DNA of 64,000 nucleotides from Bacteroidales bacterium (lineage in GTDB: Bacteria; Bacteroidota; Bacteroidia; Bacteroidales; UBA12077), in NCBI GenBank assembly GCA_963665525.1, contig OY762280.1, positions 3,948,084-4,012,083 of the forward strand, written 5' to 3'. Under the pieces are notes generated by a model. That model did not search any database and had not been told where the DNA came from. It saw nothing but the letters and a program-made list of their open reading frames with translations. The translations under genes were made by a program, and so were the position numbers. Below, piece after piece: positions 19,854-31,000 of this stretch (positions are counted from its first letter, which is position 1; the number at the start of each line of letters is the position of its first letter).

Positions 19854-21803
19854 ATGATAGATTATAATACCATACAAAGAATAATTGATACTGCTGAAAT
19901 TACGGAAGTAGTTCAGGATTTTGTGAATCTTAAAAAACGTGGTGTTAACTATCTTGGTTTATGTCCTTTTCATAACGAAAAAACACCTTCATTTATCGTT
20001 TCCCCATCCAAAGGAATATACAAATGCTTTGGTTGTGGCAAAGGAGGAAATGCAGTAAACTTTATTATGGAGCATGAGCATTTGGGTTATCCCGAGGCAC
20101 TTAAATATCTTGCTAAAAAATATAATATTGAAGTTGTTGAAAAAGAGCTTACTGCAGAGGAAATTCAACAGCAGAACGAACGCGATAGTTTATTGGTTGT
20201 AACCAAATTTGCGAACACTTATTTCCAGGATAAACTTCATAAAAATACTGATGGGCGTGCTATTGGATTAAGCTATTTTAAAGAAAGAGGTTTTCGTGAA
20301 GATATCATCGAAAAATTTGAGCTGGGGTATAGCCTGGATGTTCGTGATGCTTTTACAAAAGCAGCTAAGGAAAAAGGATTTAAAATTGATTTCCTGGAGA
20401 AAACAGGTCTAACCATAGTTAATGAAAATGGCCAATATGATCGCTTTCGTGGAAGGGTAATTTTTCCTATTCATGGATTATCAGGAAATGTGATTGGTTT
20501 TGGTGGGCGTATTCTGAAAAAAGATACTAAAACTGCGAAATACCTTAATTCGCCTGAATCGGATATTTATCATAAGAGTCGTGTGTTATATGGAATGTTT
20601 CAGGCAAAGAAATCTATTACACAGCTCGACAAATGTTATTTGGTGGAGGGCTATACTGATGTTATCTCCATGCATCAATCGGGAATTGAAAATGTAGTAG
20701 CTTCTTCGGGAACATCTTTAACGGTTGAGCAGATAAGACTGATTAAACGATTTACGCCAAACGTGACTATAATTTATGATGGCGATGCTGCTGGGATTAA
20801 AGCTTCGTTACGTGGAATTGATTTGATTTTGGAACAAGGGCTGAATGTTAGGGTATTATTATTACCCGATGGTGAAGATCCTGATTCCTTTGCTAAAAGT
20901 CATAGTGCTGCAGAATTAGTAGAGCATATTGAGAAGAACGAAGAGGATTTTATTACATTTAAAACACGTTTGCTTTTTAATGAAGCGAAAAACGATCCGG
21001 TTAGAAAAGCAAATCTTATAACCGATATTGTTCGATCAATAGCAGTTATTCCGGAAACTATTGTTCGTACTGTTTATATTAAAGAGTGTAGTGATATATT
21101 GGAGATCGATGAAAAAGTTCTTTATGGTGAAATCAATAAAATCAGAAGAAAGAATTACGAGAAAGAGTATAAAAGAACTTTATCACCAGATGCCAGCTTA
21201 AAAACGGGTTCTCCTTCTCTTCCTTCATCGCTTGAGGGATATTATGCAGAACCTCAGGAGAAGGAAATTATTAGGTTATTATTGCATTATGCCGATCACA
21301 CTTTGTATACTTACCAGGAAAATAAATATGATGAACCACGAAGTGTTACTGTTGCAGAATATACCATAGGTGAAATTTTGAATGATGATTTAGAGTTTAA
21401 GAATCTAATTTATAAACAGATTTTTCAGGAGTATTTAGAATCGGTAAATTCAGGGTCGAAGCTCAACGATAAACATTTTATTTATCACTCCGATCCAGAG
21501 ATTAGTAAACTGGCAGCTGATTTATTAAGTACATCTTATACCTTAAGTAAAATTTTCAAAAAAGGAGGGGCTTATATCGAAACAGAAGAGCAGAAATTGA
21601 AAAATCTGGTTCCGGAAACCATCATTGCATATAAAAGAAAAATCCTCGAAATAGCACAAAGTAGTGCAAAAGAAAAGCTAAAAGAAGCACAAGAAAAGAA
21701 ATCCTCAAATGAGGAACTTGAGCATCTTCAAAAAGAGTTTATGCAAATTACCTCTGTGATAAGTGCTATTGCAAAAGAACGTGGTTGGATTGCATTTAAG
21801 TAA
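19854..21803 (+). CDS. dnaG: DNA primase
   Basis: It has a zinc ribbon (CPFHNEKTPSF...CFGCGKGG), the TOPRIM motif (LVEGYTDVIS ... IIYDGDAAG) and a C-terminal helical domain. I chose the ATG at 19854 rather than the TTG at 19740. Confidence 0.95.
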   Translation: MIDYNTIQRIIDTAEITEVVQDFVNLKKRGVNYLGLCPFHNEKTPSFIVSPSKGIYKCFGCGKGGNAVNFIMEHEHLGYPEALKYLAKKYNIEVVEKELTAEEIQQQNERDSLLVVTKFANTYFQDKLHKNTDGRAIGLSYFKERGFREDIIEKFELGYSLDVRDAFTKAAKEKGFKIDFLEKTGLTIVNENGQYDRFRGRVIFPIHGLSGNVIGFGGRILKKDTKTAKYLNSPESDIYHKSRVLYGMFQAKKSITQLDKCYLVEGYTDVISMHQSGIENVVASSGTSLTVEQIRLIKRFTPNVTIIYDGDAAGIKASLRGIDLILEQGLNVRVLLLPDGEDPDSFAKSHSAAELVEHIEKNEEDFITFKTRLLFNEAKNDPVRKANLITDIVRSIAVIPETIVRTVYIKECSDILEIDEKVLYGEINKIRRKNYEKEYKRTLSPDASLKTGSPSLPSSLEGYYAEPQEKEIIRLLLHYADHTLYTYQENKYDEPRSVTVAEYTIGEILNDDLEFKNLIYKQIFQEYLESVNSGSKLNDKHFIYHSDPEISKLAADLLSTSYTLSKIFKKGGAYIETEEQKLKNLVPETIIAYKRKILEIAQSSAKEKLKEAQEKKSSNEELEHLQKEFMQITSVISAIAKERGWIAFK

Positions 21804-21829
21804 AAATCCGGATATTTCTACCCGGATTT
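21804..21829. terminator. Hairpin between convergent dnaG and creD
   Basis: The stem aaatccgg / ccggattt is 8 bp with a 10-nt loop. A T-run lies a few nt downstream. Confidence 0.5.
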
Positions 21830-21843
21830 AATACTTTTTTGTC

Positions 21844-23166
21844 TTATTCATTTAAATCATTTGATTCTAAATTTGAATACCAATCAATTCTTTTTGATAG
21901 ATACATAACAATTGCTAAAGCTATAAATAAACCAATACTTCCTAATAGTAAGGAATAATCTTGTAATTGGAGTATTACAAATAAAAATGAATATAATATG
22001 ATCAGCACAAAAGCAATGATGGCTGTCAGTTTTTTACTTTTGAAAATGCTGTGTGAATATACTGTTATTAAACTAATAATGGAGATACCAGCTATAAGGT
22101 AAGCCAAATTAAAATTGATTTGTTCCGATAATGAAACAAGTAAAGTATAGAAAATACTTAATCCAAGACCTACCAGAAGATATTGAATTGGATGTATTCT
22201 TTTTTTGTTTAAAATTTCTGAAAAGAAAAATACCATAAAGGTCAAAGCGATAAACATAATGGCATATTTTACCGATCGCTCTGATTTTAGATAATGATCG
22301 ACAGGAAGTAATAGTTTAACTCCAAATGATGATTCATTTAAGGAGTATTTGTTCCCAATCCATTGTTGTGGATAAGAACGATTTACATGCAATACCTTCC
22401 AGTTTGCTTCAAATCCATGTTCAGATATTTTATGATTATTTGGTAAAAATGCACCATCGAAACTAGGATTAGTCCAATCTGATGTTATATTGATGTTTGT
22501 TTCTTTACCGAGAGGAATGAAATTTAAATATTCACTTCCATTTAAGTTTAAATCAAATGCAAAGGTATATTTATTTTCATCTGTAATATTAATAAAAGAT
22601 GATACTCCGCTATGGTCAGTCTGATAACTAATTCCGGGATTTACATCATATGTTTCCTTATTCCATTTTACTTTTATTACATCTTTTATTCCTCGCATAT
22701 CAGGAATCCGAATTGAAAGTGTTGCCTGATCCCATAAAATATTTTTTTCTTGAATTTTCCAATCTTGAAAATTAGGTTTATTAAAACTTCCGCTGAAATT
22801 TAGGTTGGTTTTATATACTATTACCTTATAAATACCTCTTTTTCTTTCTTCTGGTGATATTTTTCCTTTAATATTTAATTTTTCAGGCAGAAAATGAGCA
22901 TAACGGATTTCTTCAATAATTTCTTTATCCTTTTTATAATAGGATTTGTAAGGAACTGTTATAATGGGTCCACCAATGGTTTGAGGATTTCCCCATTTAA
23001 AACTTACTTCAGAAATTGCAGAATTGCGTAAAGAATTTCTTTCTTGAATAAGGTTCTTGATCATTCCTGCAGGTATAAGAAGAACAAGAATCAATAAACC
23101 AACTATTATTGATTTAATCGTAATTGAATTTTGGAACCAGTTCTTGGATGATTGTTTATCAGTCAT
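21844..23166 (-). CDS. creD: Cell envelope integrity protein CreD
   Basis: 440 aa. One N-terminal TM helix, then IQERNSLRNSAISEVSFKWGNPQTIGGPIITVPY, a large periplasmic region and five C-terminal TM helices, as in CreD. Confidence 0.8.
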   Translation of the reverse strand: MTDKQSSKNWFQNSITIKSIIVGLLILVLLIPAGMIKNLIQERNSLRNSAISEVSFKWGNPQTIGGPIITVPYKSYYKKDKEIIEEIRYAHFLPEKLNIKGKISPEERKRGIYKVIVYKTNLNFSGSFNKPNFQDWKIQEKNILWDQATLSIRIPDMRGIKDVIKVKWNKETYDVNPGISYQTDHSGVSSFINITDENKYTFAFDLNLNGSEYLNFIPLGKETNINITSDWTNPSFDGAFLPNNHKISEHGFEANWKVLHVNRSYPQQWIGNKYSLNESSFGVKLLLPVDHYLKSERSVKYAIMFIALTFMVFFFSEILNKKRIHPIQYLLVGLGLSIFYTLLVSLSEQINFNLAYLIAGISIISLITVYSHSIFKSKKLTAIIAFVLIILYSFLFVILQLQDYSLLLGSIGLFIALAIVMYLSKRIDWYSNLESNDLNE

Positions 23167-23454
23167 TTTAACTTGTTTTGGTTAGTAATTTAAATACTCC
23201 AGGATTGGGAAAATATTGTTAAATAAGGAGTTAATTAATGTTAAAAGAGGTGTTTTAAAATGATAACTTGCTTTAAAGTAGGTCAGGTGAAGAATCTGTT
23301 TTTTTTCGGATATGCTAATAAGGAAAGTAATTTTGATGTGAAACCTGAACCTACCAGCAAGCATTTTGTAATGTTGAACTATATTAAATACTCGAATTTT
23401 TGCTAAAAATTGCTTCAGTTGTAGTTAAGAAAAGTTAAAAGGTGTAAAGATGTC

Positions 23455-26400
23455 TTAAGAAGAATGTTTCTTTAAGGTGAATTCAATGTTAGTTCCTTTT
23501 TGTGGTTCACTTAAAATTGAAATGATTCCACCATTTTTCTCGATAAATTCTTTACAAAGAATAAGCCCTAATCCGGATCCTTTTTCATTTGCGAGGCCTG
23601 GAGTTGTATGGTGTGTGTCAATTCTAAATAGTTTATTCTGATCTTCTTTTTTAATGCCAATTCCAGAATCTTTCACCGAATATTTAAGAAACTCTGTGTC
23701 ATCTGAGCAGGTAATTTCTATAATGCCATTTTCAGGAGTAAATTTAACGGCATTTGAAAGGAGGTTACGAATAACAGTTTTGATCATATTTTCGTCTGCA
23801 TAAGCGATAGTTCCTTTTTTTACATTTACTTTAAGGTCAATGTTTTTAGAGCCTAGTTTTCGTTTTATAAGTTCAATGCTTTCGTTTGTTAAAGAGTGAA
23901 TGTCAATAAGTTTAGGGAAAAACTTGATTTCACCCATTTGTGTCGACGACCAATCGAGAAGATTTTCAAGTAAGTTAAAAGTTGTTTGCGAAAGTTTATT
24001 TAATTCTCCAATAAATCCTTTGGTTTGCTCTTTATTATATTCGTCAAAATCATTAAATATTAAATTTGTTGAACCTGCCAGTGTACTTATCGGGTTTCTT
24101 AAATCATGCGCAATAATTCTAAAAAATTTGTTTTTAGTGGCATTACTTTTAGCCAATTTATCTCTTTGTTCTTCAATTTCCTGTTTTTGATCGAGAATTT
24201 CTCTTTCTGCTTGTTTTATCTTCGTGATATCAGAATCAATGGCGATTAAATTTATCGTATCACCATTTTTATCGATTACATGTGTAAGTGTTGTTTGTGC
24301 CCACAGTTCTTTCCCATCACGAGTTCTGGTTTTAAACTGATAAACTACAGATTTTTTATCATTTATGCATGATTTAACAGCCTCTCTGATATTTGGATTA
24401 TCGCTACCGTCAATAATATTGATATTTTTTTCTTTGATGTACTGGTCTTGAGTATATCCATACATTCTGGTAAATCCATCATTGATCCATTCAAGGTTTC
24501 CATCTTTATCGAATATCGTAATGGCATTATCTGTTTCGCTGGCAACTTTCGATAACTTTATTAATTCTACATTTGCTTTCTTTAATTTTAAGGCCTGGTT
24601 GGTAATCTCCCATTTTTGTTTCTCAAGTTCTTCGTTTTTTGCACTTATCCGTTCATTGGCATCTTTAAGGTGTTCGGCTTGTACCAGAATCTCTTCCTTT
24701 TGCATTAGAATTTCCTGAGTTCTTTCAATAACAATTTTTTCAAGTTTCTCTTTTTCTTTAATTAATCGGTAGGTATACAAGCGAACAATAAGAATGATTA
24801 AAAAGATACCTATAACAATATATCCTAAAACAGCAGCAAATCTTCTATACCATGGAGGAAGAATAGTAAATTTAAATTCAGCAGCAGGGCTTTCAAGCAT
24901 ATATAAGTTGCGTGATTTAACTTTGAAAGTATAATTACCTTCTTTTAAATTGGTGTATTCTTTTTTTGTTTCAGCACTCCAAGGTGACCATTCTTTATCG
25001 AAACCGTCTAAATAAAAACTAAATTCATTTTTTAACTCATCTTCATAAAACGGAAGTGAATATTTAAAGATTAGTGAATTGTCTTTGTATTCAAGAATGG
25101 TATTGACATCAATAATTGAACTCGTATCTATTGATAAGATATCGGCAGAATCTCTATAATAATTTGTTCCACTATAAATAATTGAATCATTAGCTCTTAT
25201 TTCACGAATTACTGCAGGACGAAGATTAAAGTAGTCTTTTTCTTCCAGAACTTGATATCTAAAAATTGCATCTGTAGTACTAAACCATTCTGATGGATCG
25301 GCATAGGTTGTAATATATCGTGTTGATGTTACATCTTTATATATTTTATACCATGCCAGTGTATCGTAATACATAGTTAAAGCTTCTTCCTCTTCTTCTT
25401 GATCATTAGATACAACAAGATTTTCAAATCTGTTGGTTGAGTCGTTAAATATTTGGTAAGTATTGTTGTTAATATATACAAGTTTGTTTTTATAAGTGCT
25501 AAAAAGAACTGATTGTTCTGAGCTTAATCCGTTTTCTTTATTGTAAAAGGATATCTCATTGATATCATTTTTCGGATCTTCAACTTTATAAACTCCTTTA
25601 TATCTGGCACTAAGCCATAAATCACCAACGGAGTCTTCTATAATGTCTCGTATTTGATCAGTAATATGATATTTTAAACCATGATCAATCCACTTTCCTT
25701 TAGTATAGCTCAGATGCGCAATCCCATTCGTTAAACCTAGAAAAATTTGAGATGGGTCATGTTTGTACTGATAGATATCAAATATAGCTTTATAATCAGA
25801 TATTTTTATGGATCGTCCTCCAATAATTTGATAAAGACCATTGCTAGAAGCTACTAATAATAATATTTTATCGGAGGTAGGAGCGAAGTATTTTTCTCTA
25901 CTGTATAATAAAGCTTCGGTTTTTTCAAAATCAGTATTAGGTAAAATAAAATATAAAAAACTCCAGGCTTGTTCAAAGTTTCCTTCTACAGGCTTAAAAT
26001 TATTAATGGTATAATTGACATTTTCATTTTTCCTGGAAGTATAGTATACTCCAGATACGGTAGATATATATAAATTATTGTCTAAGCACGATATATCAGA
26101 AATATTCCCATTAATTCCTTTATCGTTGTTCCAAAACCTAAAAGGAGAAAAAATATCTATTTGGCTAATTCCATTGGCAAGTGCAATCCATAAATTTTGA
26201 TCTTTATCAAGATATAGATATTGTGCAGAGCTTACCGTTCCTGTTGTTTCTTCATTGATAACATCTATTACATTCCATGTTTTATCTACTATGAGCACAT
26301 CTCCTGAGATACTTCCCATTGCATATAGTGAATCAGAAATTGGAATGCCATGATAAAATGGATTATTTAAAAAGTAGTTATTTAAATTTTTAGCATTAGC

Positions 26401-27132
26401 AGATAATACAGAAACAGGAATAATCTTACCATGATCATATATATACAAACCCTTAGTTCTGGTACAGATGAGTAGCTTGTCATCATAAGGTAGAATAGAA
26501 TGAATTCTCTTATTTGCAAAGTATTCACCTTTTTCTATTAAAAGTAAAGAATCGTTTTCAAATTTGAGTAAACCATTTCCCATTTCCTGCACATACAGTT
26601 GAGAATTAACCTTGTGGCTTAAATAAAATCTCTCTTTGGATTTTTTCCAGAAATCTATTTTTTGATTTTTGTATCGAAACAGATAATAATCAGACAGAAA
26701 GAATACCTGTCCATTGATACAGTTAATGTCCCAAATATCACCAAAATTAGCACAAGAAGAGTCAATTAAATGTGTTAAGGAGTGATAATTTAAAGATCCA
26801 TTTTTATCAGGTAGTAATTGTCCAAGTTCTTCATAAGCTCCGGCATAAATATGATTATCTTGATCTATTGCCAACGTTCTTACTGCTGAACTATTAGGGA
26901 TATATATTTTTCTCCACTCAATACCGTCGTATTCTAAAATACAACTAGCATTCCCAAAATACATGATTCCTCTTTGATCTTGAATAATAGACCAGTTTTG
27001 TGATGAAGCTTTGTAATCTTTTGAAGTATAATGTTTCGAAATTAGTAATCCTCGTTCTTGACCATATAGCCATAGGGAACTAAATAAGAAAGAAATAAAA
27101 ACAATGATATATTTGTGTTTGGGTATAAGCAT
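23455..27132 (-). CDS. Sensor histidine kinase with periplasmic beta-propeller/Y_Y_Y domains, PAS domain and HisKA-HATPase core
   Basis: 1225 aa. It has a long N-terminal repeat region, a Y_Y_Y-like block (YSLPFYEDE...YTFKVKS), one TM helix, a coiled coil and a PAS domain. The kinase core has the H-box FFRIIAHDLRNP and the N and G boxes (NLLSNAVKFT, DSGIGI, GSGLGL). Confidence 0.9.
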   Translation of the reverse strand: MLIPKHKYIIVFISFLFSSLWLYGQERGLLISKHYTSKDYKASSQNWSIIQDQRGIMYFGNASCILEYDGIEWRKIYIPNSSAVRTLAIDQDNHIYAGAYEELGQLLPDKNGSLNYHSLTHLIDSSCANFGDIWDINCINGQVFFLSDYYLFRYKNQKIDFWKKSKERFYLSHKVNSQLYVQEMGNGLLKFENDSLLLIEKGEYFANKRIHSILPYDDKLLICTRTKGLYIYDHGKIIPVSVLSANAKNLNNYFLNNPFYHGIPISDSLYAMGSISGDVLIVDKTWNVIDVINEETTGTVSSAQYLYLDKDQNLWIALANGISQIDIFSPFRFWNNDKGINGNISDISCLDNNLYISTVSGVYYTSRKNENVNYTINNFKPVEGNFEQAWSFLYFILPNTDFEKTEALLYSREKYFAPTSDKILLLVASSNGLYQIIGGRSIKISDYKAIFDIYQYKHDPSQIFLGLTNGIAHLSYTKGKWIDHGLKYHITDQIRDIIEDSVGDLWLSARYKGVYKVEDPKNDINEISFYNKENGLSSEQSVLFSTYKNKLVYINNNTYQIFNDSTNRFENLVVSNDQEEEEEALTMYYDTLAWYKIYKDVTSTRYITTYADPSEWFSTTDAIFRYQVLEEKDYFNLRPAVIREIRANDSIIYSGTNYYRDSADILSIDTSSIIDVNTILEYKDNSLIFKYSLPFYEDELKNEFSFYLDGFDKEWSPWSAETKKEYTNLKEGNYTFKVKSRNLYMLESPAAEFKFTILPPWYRRFAAVLGYIVIGIFLIILIVRLYTYRLIKEKEKLEKIVIERTQEILMQKEEILVQAEHLKDANERISAKNEELEKQKWEITNQALKLKKANVELIKLSKVASETDNAITIFDKDGNLEWINDGFTRMYGYTQDQYIKEKNINIIDGSDNPNIREAVKSCINDKKSVVYQFKTRTRDGKELWAQTTLTHVIDKNGDTINLIAIDSDITKIKQAEREILDQKQEIEEQRDKLAKSNATKNKFFRIIAHDLRNPISTLAGSTNLIFNDFDEYNKEQTKGFIGELNKLSQTTFNLLENLLDWSSTQMGEIKFFPKLIDIHSLTNESIELIKRKLGSKNIDLKVNVKKGTIAYADENMIKTVIRNLLSNAVKFTPENGIIEITCSDDTEFLKYSVKDSGIGIKKEDQNKLFRIDTHHTTPGLANEKGSGLGLILCKEFIEKNGGIISILSEPQKGTNIEFTLKKHSS

Positions 27133-27842
27133 TAGGTTATATTATTTAAGTTAGCTAATGCTTCATTTACTTCTTCTTTATATTTTCTTCCAATTGGTAA
27201 TTCAGTATTGCCAATATCAATTCCTGATAAGCTATATGCATCTACTTTATTTAGTGCAACAATAAAAGATCTGTGGATGCGTAAAAAAAAGGTGTTATTT
27301 AAAATTGACTCAAAATAACTAAGTTGTTGCTTTGTGACAACAGTTTTACATGTTGTAACAACTTTAACATAGTCTTTAACACTTTCAAGATATAATATAT
27401 TTTTAAGATAAACCTTAACCATTTTTTTATTTTCTTTTAAATAAATAAAATCATCATTGTTTGAGACCTTATTATTAATAGATGGCTTAAGTTTTTCATA
27501 AACTCTATTTACAGGTTTTAGTAACCTTTCTAAAGTTACAGGTTTTAAAATATAATCTTCAACATTTAACTCAAACCCATCAATAGCATAGTTTTTATTA
27601 GCTGTAGTAAATATTACTGAAGGAGCATTAGGTAAGCTTCTTAAAAAATCAACACCAGTTAAATTTGGCATTTCAATATCAAGAAAAAGTAAATCAACCG
27701 TATTCTTTTTGATAAACTCATATACAGGCAAAGCATTATCGAATTTTCCAATGATTTCTACATATGGAATTTTCTTTAAGTAACCTTCAATAATAGTTAT
27801 AGCCAATGGTTCATCATCTACTATAACGCACTTCAGTTTCAT
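27132..27842 (-). CDS. LytTR-family response regulator
   Basis: It has a receiver domain (VIVDDEP, LFLDIEMP, T..A..K) and a C-terminal LytTR DNA-binding domain. Its TAA overlaps the kinase ATG by 1 nt. Confidence 0.9.
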   Translation of the reverse strand: MKLKCVIVDDEPLAITIIEGYLKKIPYVEIIGKFDNALPVYEFIKKNTVDLLFLDIEMPNLTGVDFLRSLPNAPSVIFTTANKNYAIDGFELNVEDYILKPVTLERLLKPVNRVYEKLKPSINNKVSNNDDFIYLKENKKMVKVYLKNILYLESVKDYVKVVTTCKTVVTKQQLSYFESILNNTFFLRIHRSFIVALNKVDAYSLSGIDIGNTELPIGRKYKEEVNEALANLNNIT

Positions 27843-28065
27843 AAATGTTTTTAAGTTAGGTGGTTAGGCTTTCCCTTTAGTTAAAATTAACGAGCAATTT
27901 AAAAATTATTTTTAAAAAACAATAACACTAACTAAATAAAAATATAAGAAAACTGAGAAATAGTGTTTTTATAGGTAGCAAATTGTTGTTTGTCTATATG
28001 CAAAAAATATTATAAAAATATGTAATATTTTGAGCAAGATTTATTTAACCCTAAAACTATTTACT

Positions 28066-31000
28066 ATGAAAAAATTTACTCTACTAACTTTAACCTTAAC
28101 TTTAATATTGAGTTTTACGTTATGGGCTCAAAAGGGTTACATTAACCCTGCCGCCAAGTATAGTGAAATGCTTGGTTATCGATACGAAATTCAAAATACA
28201 AAAGCTGGTGGTGAAGTAGGTATGGTGCATCTTCCCGATGGACAAATTGTTAATGCCTGGGATTTCTATAAAGGAAAAGTAGCTCAGGAATTTTCTTATG
28301 CAGCAAAGTTAGGCTTTGATCTGGAAACAGAAGTGGTTAAGAAAAATGGTTTCACAACCGAACGAGCTGTTTGTATAAGAATGAATAAAGGTATTGAAGA
28401 AAGAATTCCTTTATTAGAACTAATGGAACTTAATGGAGAGCCTTTAAATGCAGAGGTTCAAAGAACTGCTCCTTCAATTTATGAGAAGGCAACAGTTGAT
28501 CCTTCATTCTCTGCATCAAAAAGTTTACCTACAGAGTTTGATTGGAGAGATTATAATGGGCATGCTTATATAGGAGAAGCTCGTGATCAAGGTGGATGTG
28601 GTTCTTGTTATTCTTTTGGAGCTACTGCTTGTGCTGAAGGTACTTATAACTATGCAACAGGTAGTTATGATAGTAATGCAGCTGATTTTTCTGAAGGTTG
28701 GATTGCTTTTTGTTTAAGTGAAATGTCTGCTTATAGCAGTCACTTTAGTGGTTGTAATGGTGCTGATTATGAATACATGGAATTACAAGCATTAGTTGAT
28801 GTAGGACATATTGATGAATCATATTTCCCATATTCAGATGCAAATAATCAATCTTGTCCTTCTACTACAGACAATGCACCAAAAATTCAATTTGAAGGAT
28901 GGTACAGAGTTCCAAGCAGCGACGTAGATGCTATTAAAACAGCGATCATGACATATGGAGTTGTGGATGCTGCAGTATATGTTACAACTTCATTCCAAAA
29001 CTACAGTGGTGGTGTTTGGTCTGATTCTAATAGCGGATGTAGCAATGGAGCTTATACTACAACTAACCACGCTATTGCTTTAGTAGGTTGGGGCCATGAT
29101 GCAACCGAAGGTGATTATTGGATCTTAAGAAACTCTTGGGGAACAAGTTGGGGAGAGAATGGTTATATGAGAATCTCTGTGAATTCTGCAGCGGTTGACT
29201 GTGCCGTTTGTTATATGGTATATCAAAATGTTCCACAACCTCCAGTTGCTGGATTTAGTGCTGATGCTACAACAGTAGTTGCTGGAAGTACTGTTAACTT
29301 TACTGATGAGTCGGCTAATAACCCTACTTCTTGGTCTTGGTCATTCGAAGGTGGAACTCCATCAACAAGTACAACTCAAAACCCATCTGTTACTTATAAT
29401 ACTTTAGGAACATATAATGTTACTTTAACTGCTACAAATGCTGAAGGTAATGATACTGAAACAAAAACAGCTTATATCAATGTAGTTGATGAAATCATTA
29501 ATTACTGCGAATCTGCAGGAAATAATTTCTCATATGAATGGATTGCTGGTGTTCAGGTTGGTGATTTCTCTAATACATCAGGTGCAGCAGGTTATACTGA
29601 CTTTACTAATTTAACAGCAAACTTAACTGCTGGTCAAACATACAATATTACATTAACTCCTGATTTCAGTGGTTCTACTTATGATGAATATTGGAAAATC
29701 TGGATTGATTTAAATCATGATGGTGATTTTGATGATGCTGGTGAAAATGTATTCGATCAAGGTGGAATGAGTAAAACAACAGTTACAGGAACAATTACTA
29801 TTCCTTCAGGAACAGCTTCAACAACAACTCGTATGCGTGTTACTATGAAATATAATGGAGAACCTACTGCTTGTGAAACTTCATTCAGCTATGGTGAGGT
29901 TGAAGATTACACAGTATTTATTGGTGGTGGTGATGATGAAGCTCCAACTGCTCCATCTGGATTAGCAGCATCTAATATTACTATGACAAGTGTAAGTTTA
30001 AGCTGGAATGCAGCTACTGATAATGTTGGTGTTACAGGGTATCAAGTATATCAAAACGGATCATTATTAGCAAACACAACTGGTACTTCTTATAATGTAA
30101 CCGGATTAAATTCAGGAACAAATTATTCTTATTATGTAATTGCTGAAGATGCTGCTGGTAACGAATCAGCACAAAGTAATACAGTTAACATAACTACTTT
30201 AACTGATACTGAAGCTCCAACTACTCCAACAGGATTAGCTAGCTCTGGTATTGCTCAAACAAGCTTTACTTTATCATGGAATGCATCAACAGATAATGTT
30301 GCTGTAACAGGATATAATGTATATCAAGATGGTACTTTATTAACAAATACATCAGCAACTTCATTTAGTGTTACCGGATTATCTCCTGCTACTACATATG
30401 CATATTATGTTACTGCTGAAGATGCTGCTGGAAATATTTCAGGAGTAAGCGGAACGTTAAATGTAACAACTACCGATGAGGTTATTGTAGTTGATTATTG
30501 TGATCTTTATGCTACAAATACTGTCTTTGAATGGATAGATTTGGTAGGATTAAATGACCTTTACAATGAATCTAGCAAAAATGGTGGATATGCTGATTTC
30601 ACTAATCTGGTAGCAAATGTATCACAAGGTACAAGTTATACAGCTTATATAAGTGCTGGATTTAGAAGAAGAACTTATACTGAATATTGGAATGTATGGA
30701 TTGACTTTAATATTGATGGTGAATTTACAAGCGATGAAATTGTAGTTCAAGGTAGTGTTGCCGATGGAGATGTTTATACTGCAACTGTTGATATTCCTGC
30801 TACAGCTACAATTGGTCAAACAAGAATGAGAGCTGCTATGTGGGATACTGACTATCCTTCTTCTTGTGGATCTTATAAATATGGTGAAGTAGAGGATTAT
30901 ACTGTAAATATTACAGCTAAGTCTGCTCCATCAGGAAGATTGGTAAGTGGCAAACAATTAGGTAATGATGAAGTTGCAGGTATTAAGTTATTCCCTAATC

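Noticed and set aside
23182-23364. A 60-aa minus-strand ORF and an imperfect long-range inverted repeat (gtaggtcaggt at 23278-23288 and acctgaacctac at 23343-23354) between creD and the kinase gene.
   Set aside because: The ORF has no recognisable features and sits in a promoter/terminator region. The repeat has a bulge and a ~54-nt loop, too weak to call an RNA element.
27843-28065. An attempt to call Bacteroidota-type promoters (TAnnTTTG at -7) here and upstream of other operons.
   Set aside because: I found only partial matches, for example TAATGTTG at 54012-54019. Without transcription start data these are not reliable enough to report as features.
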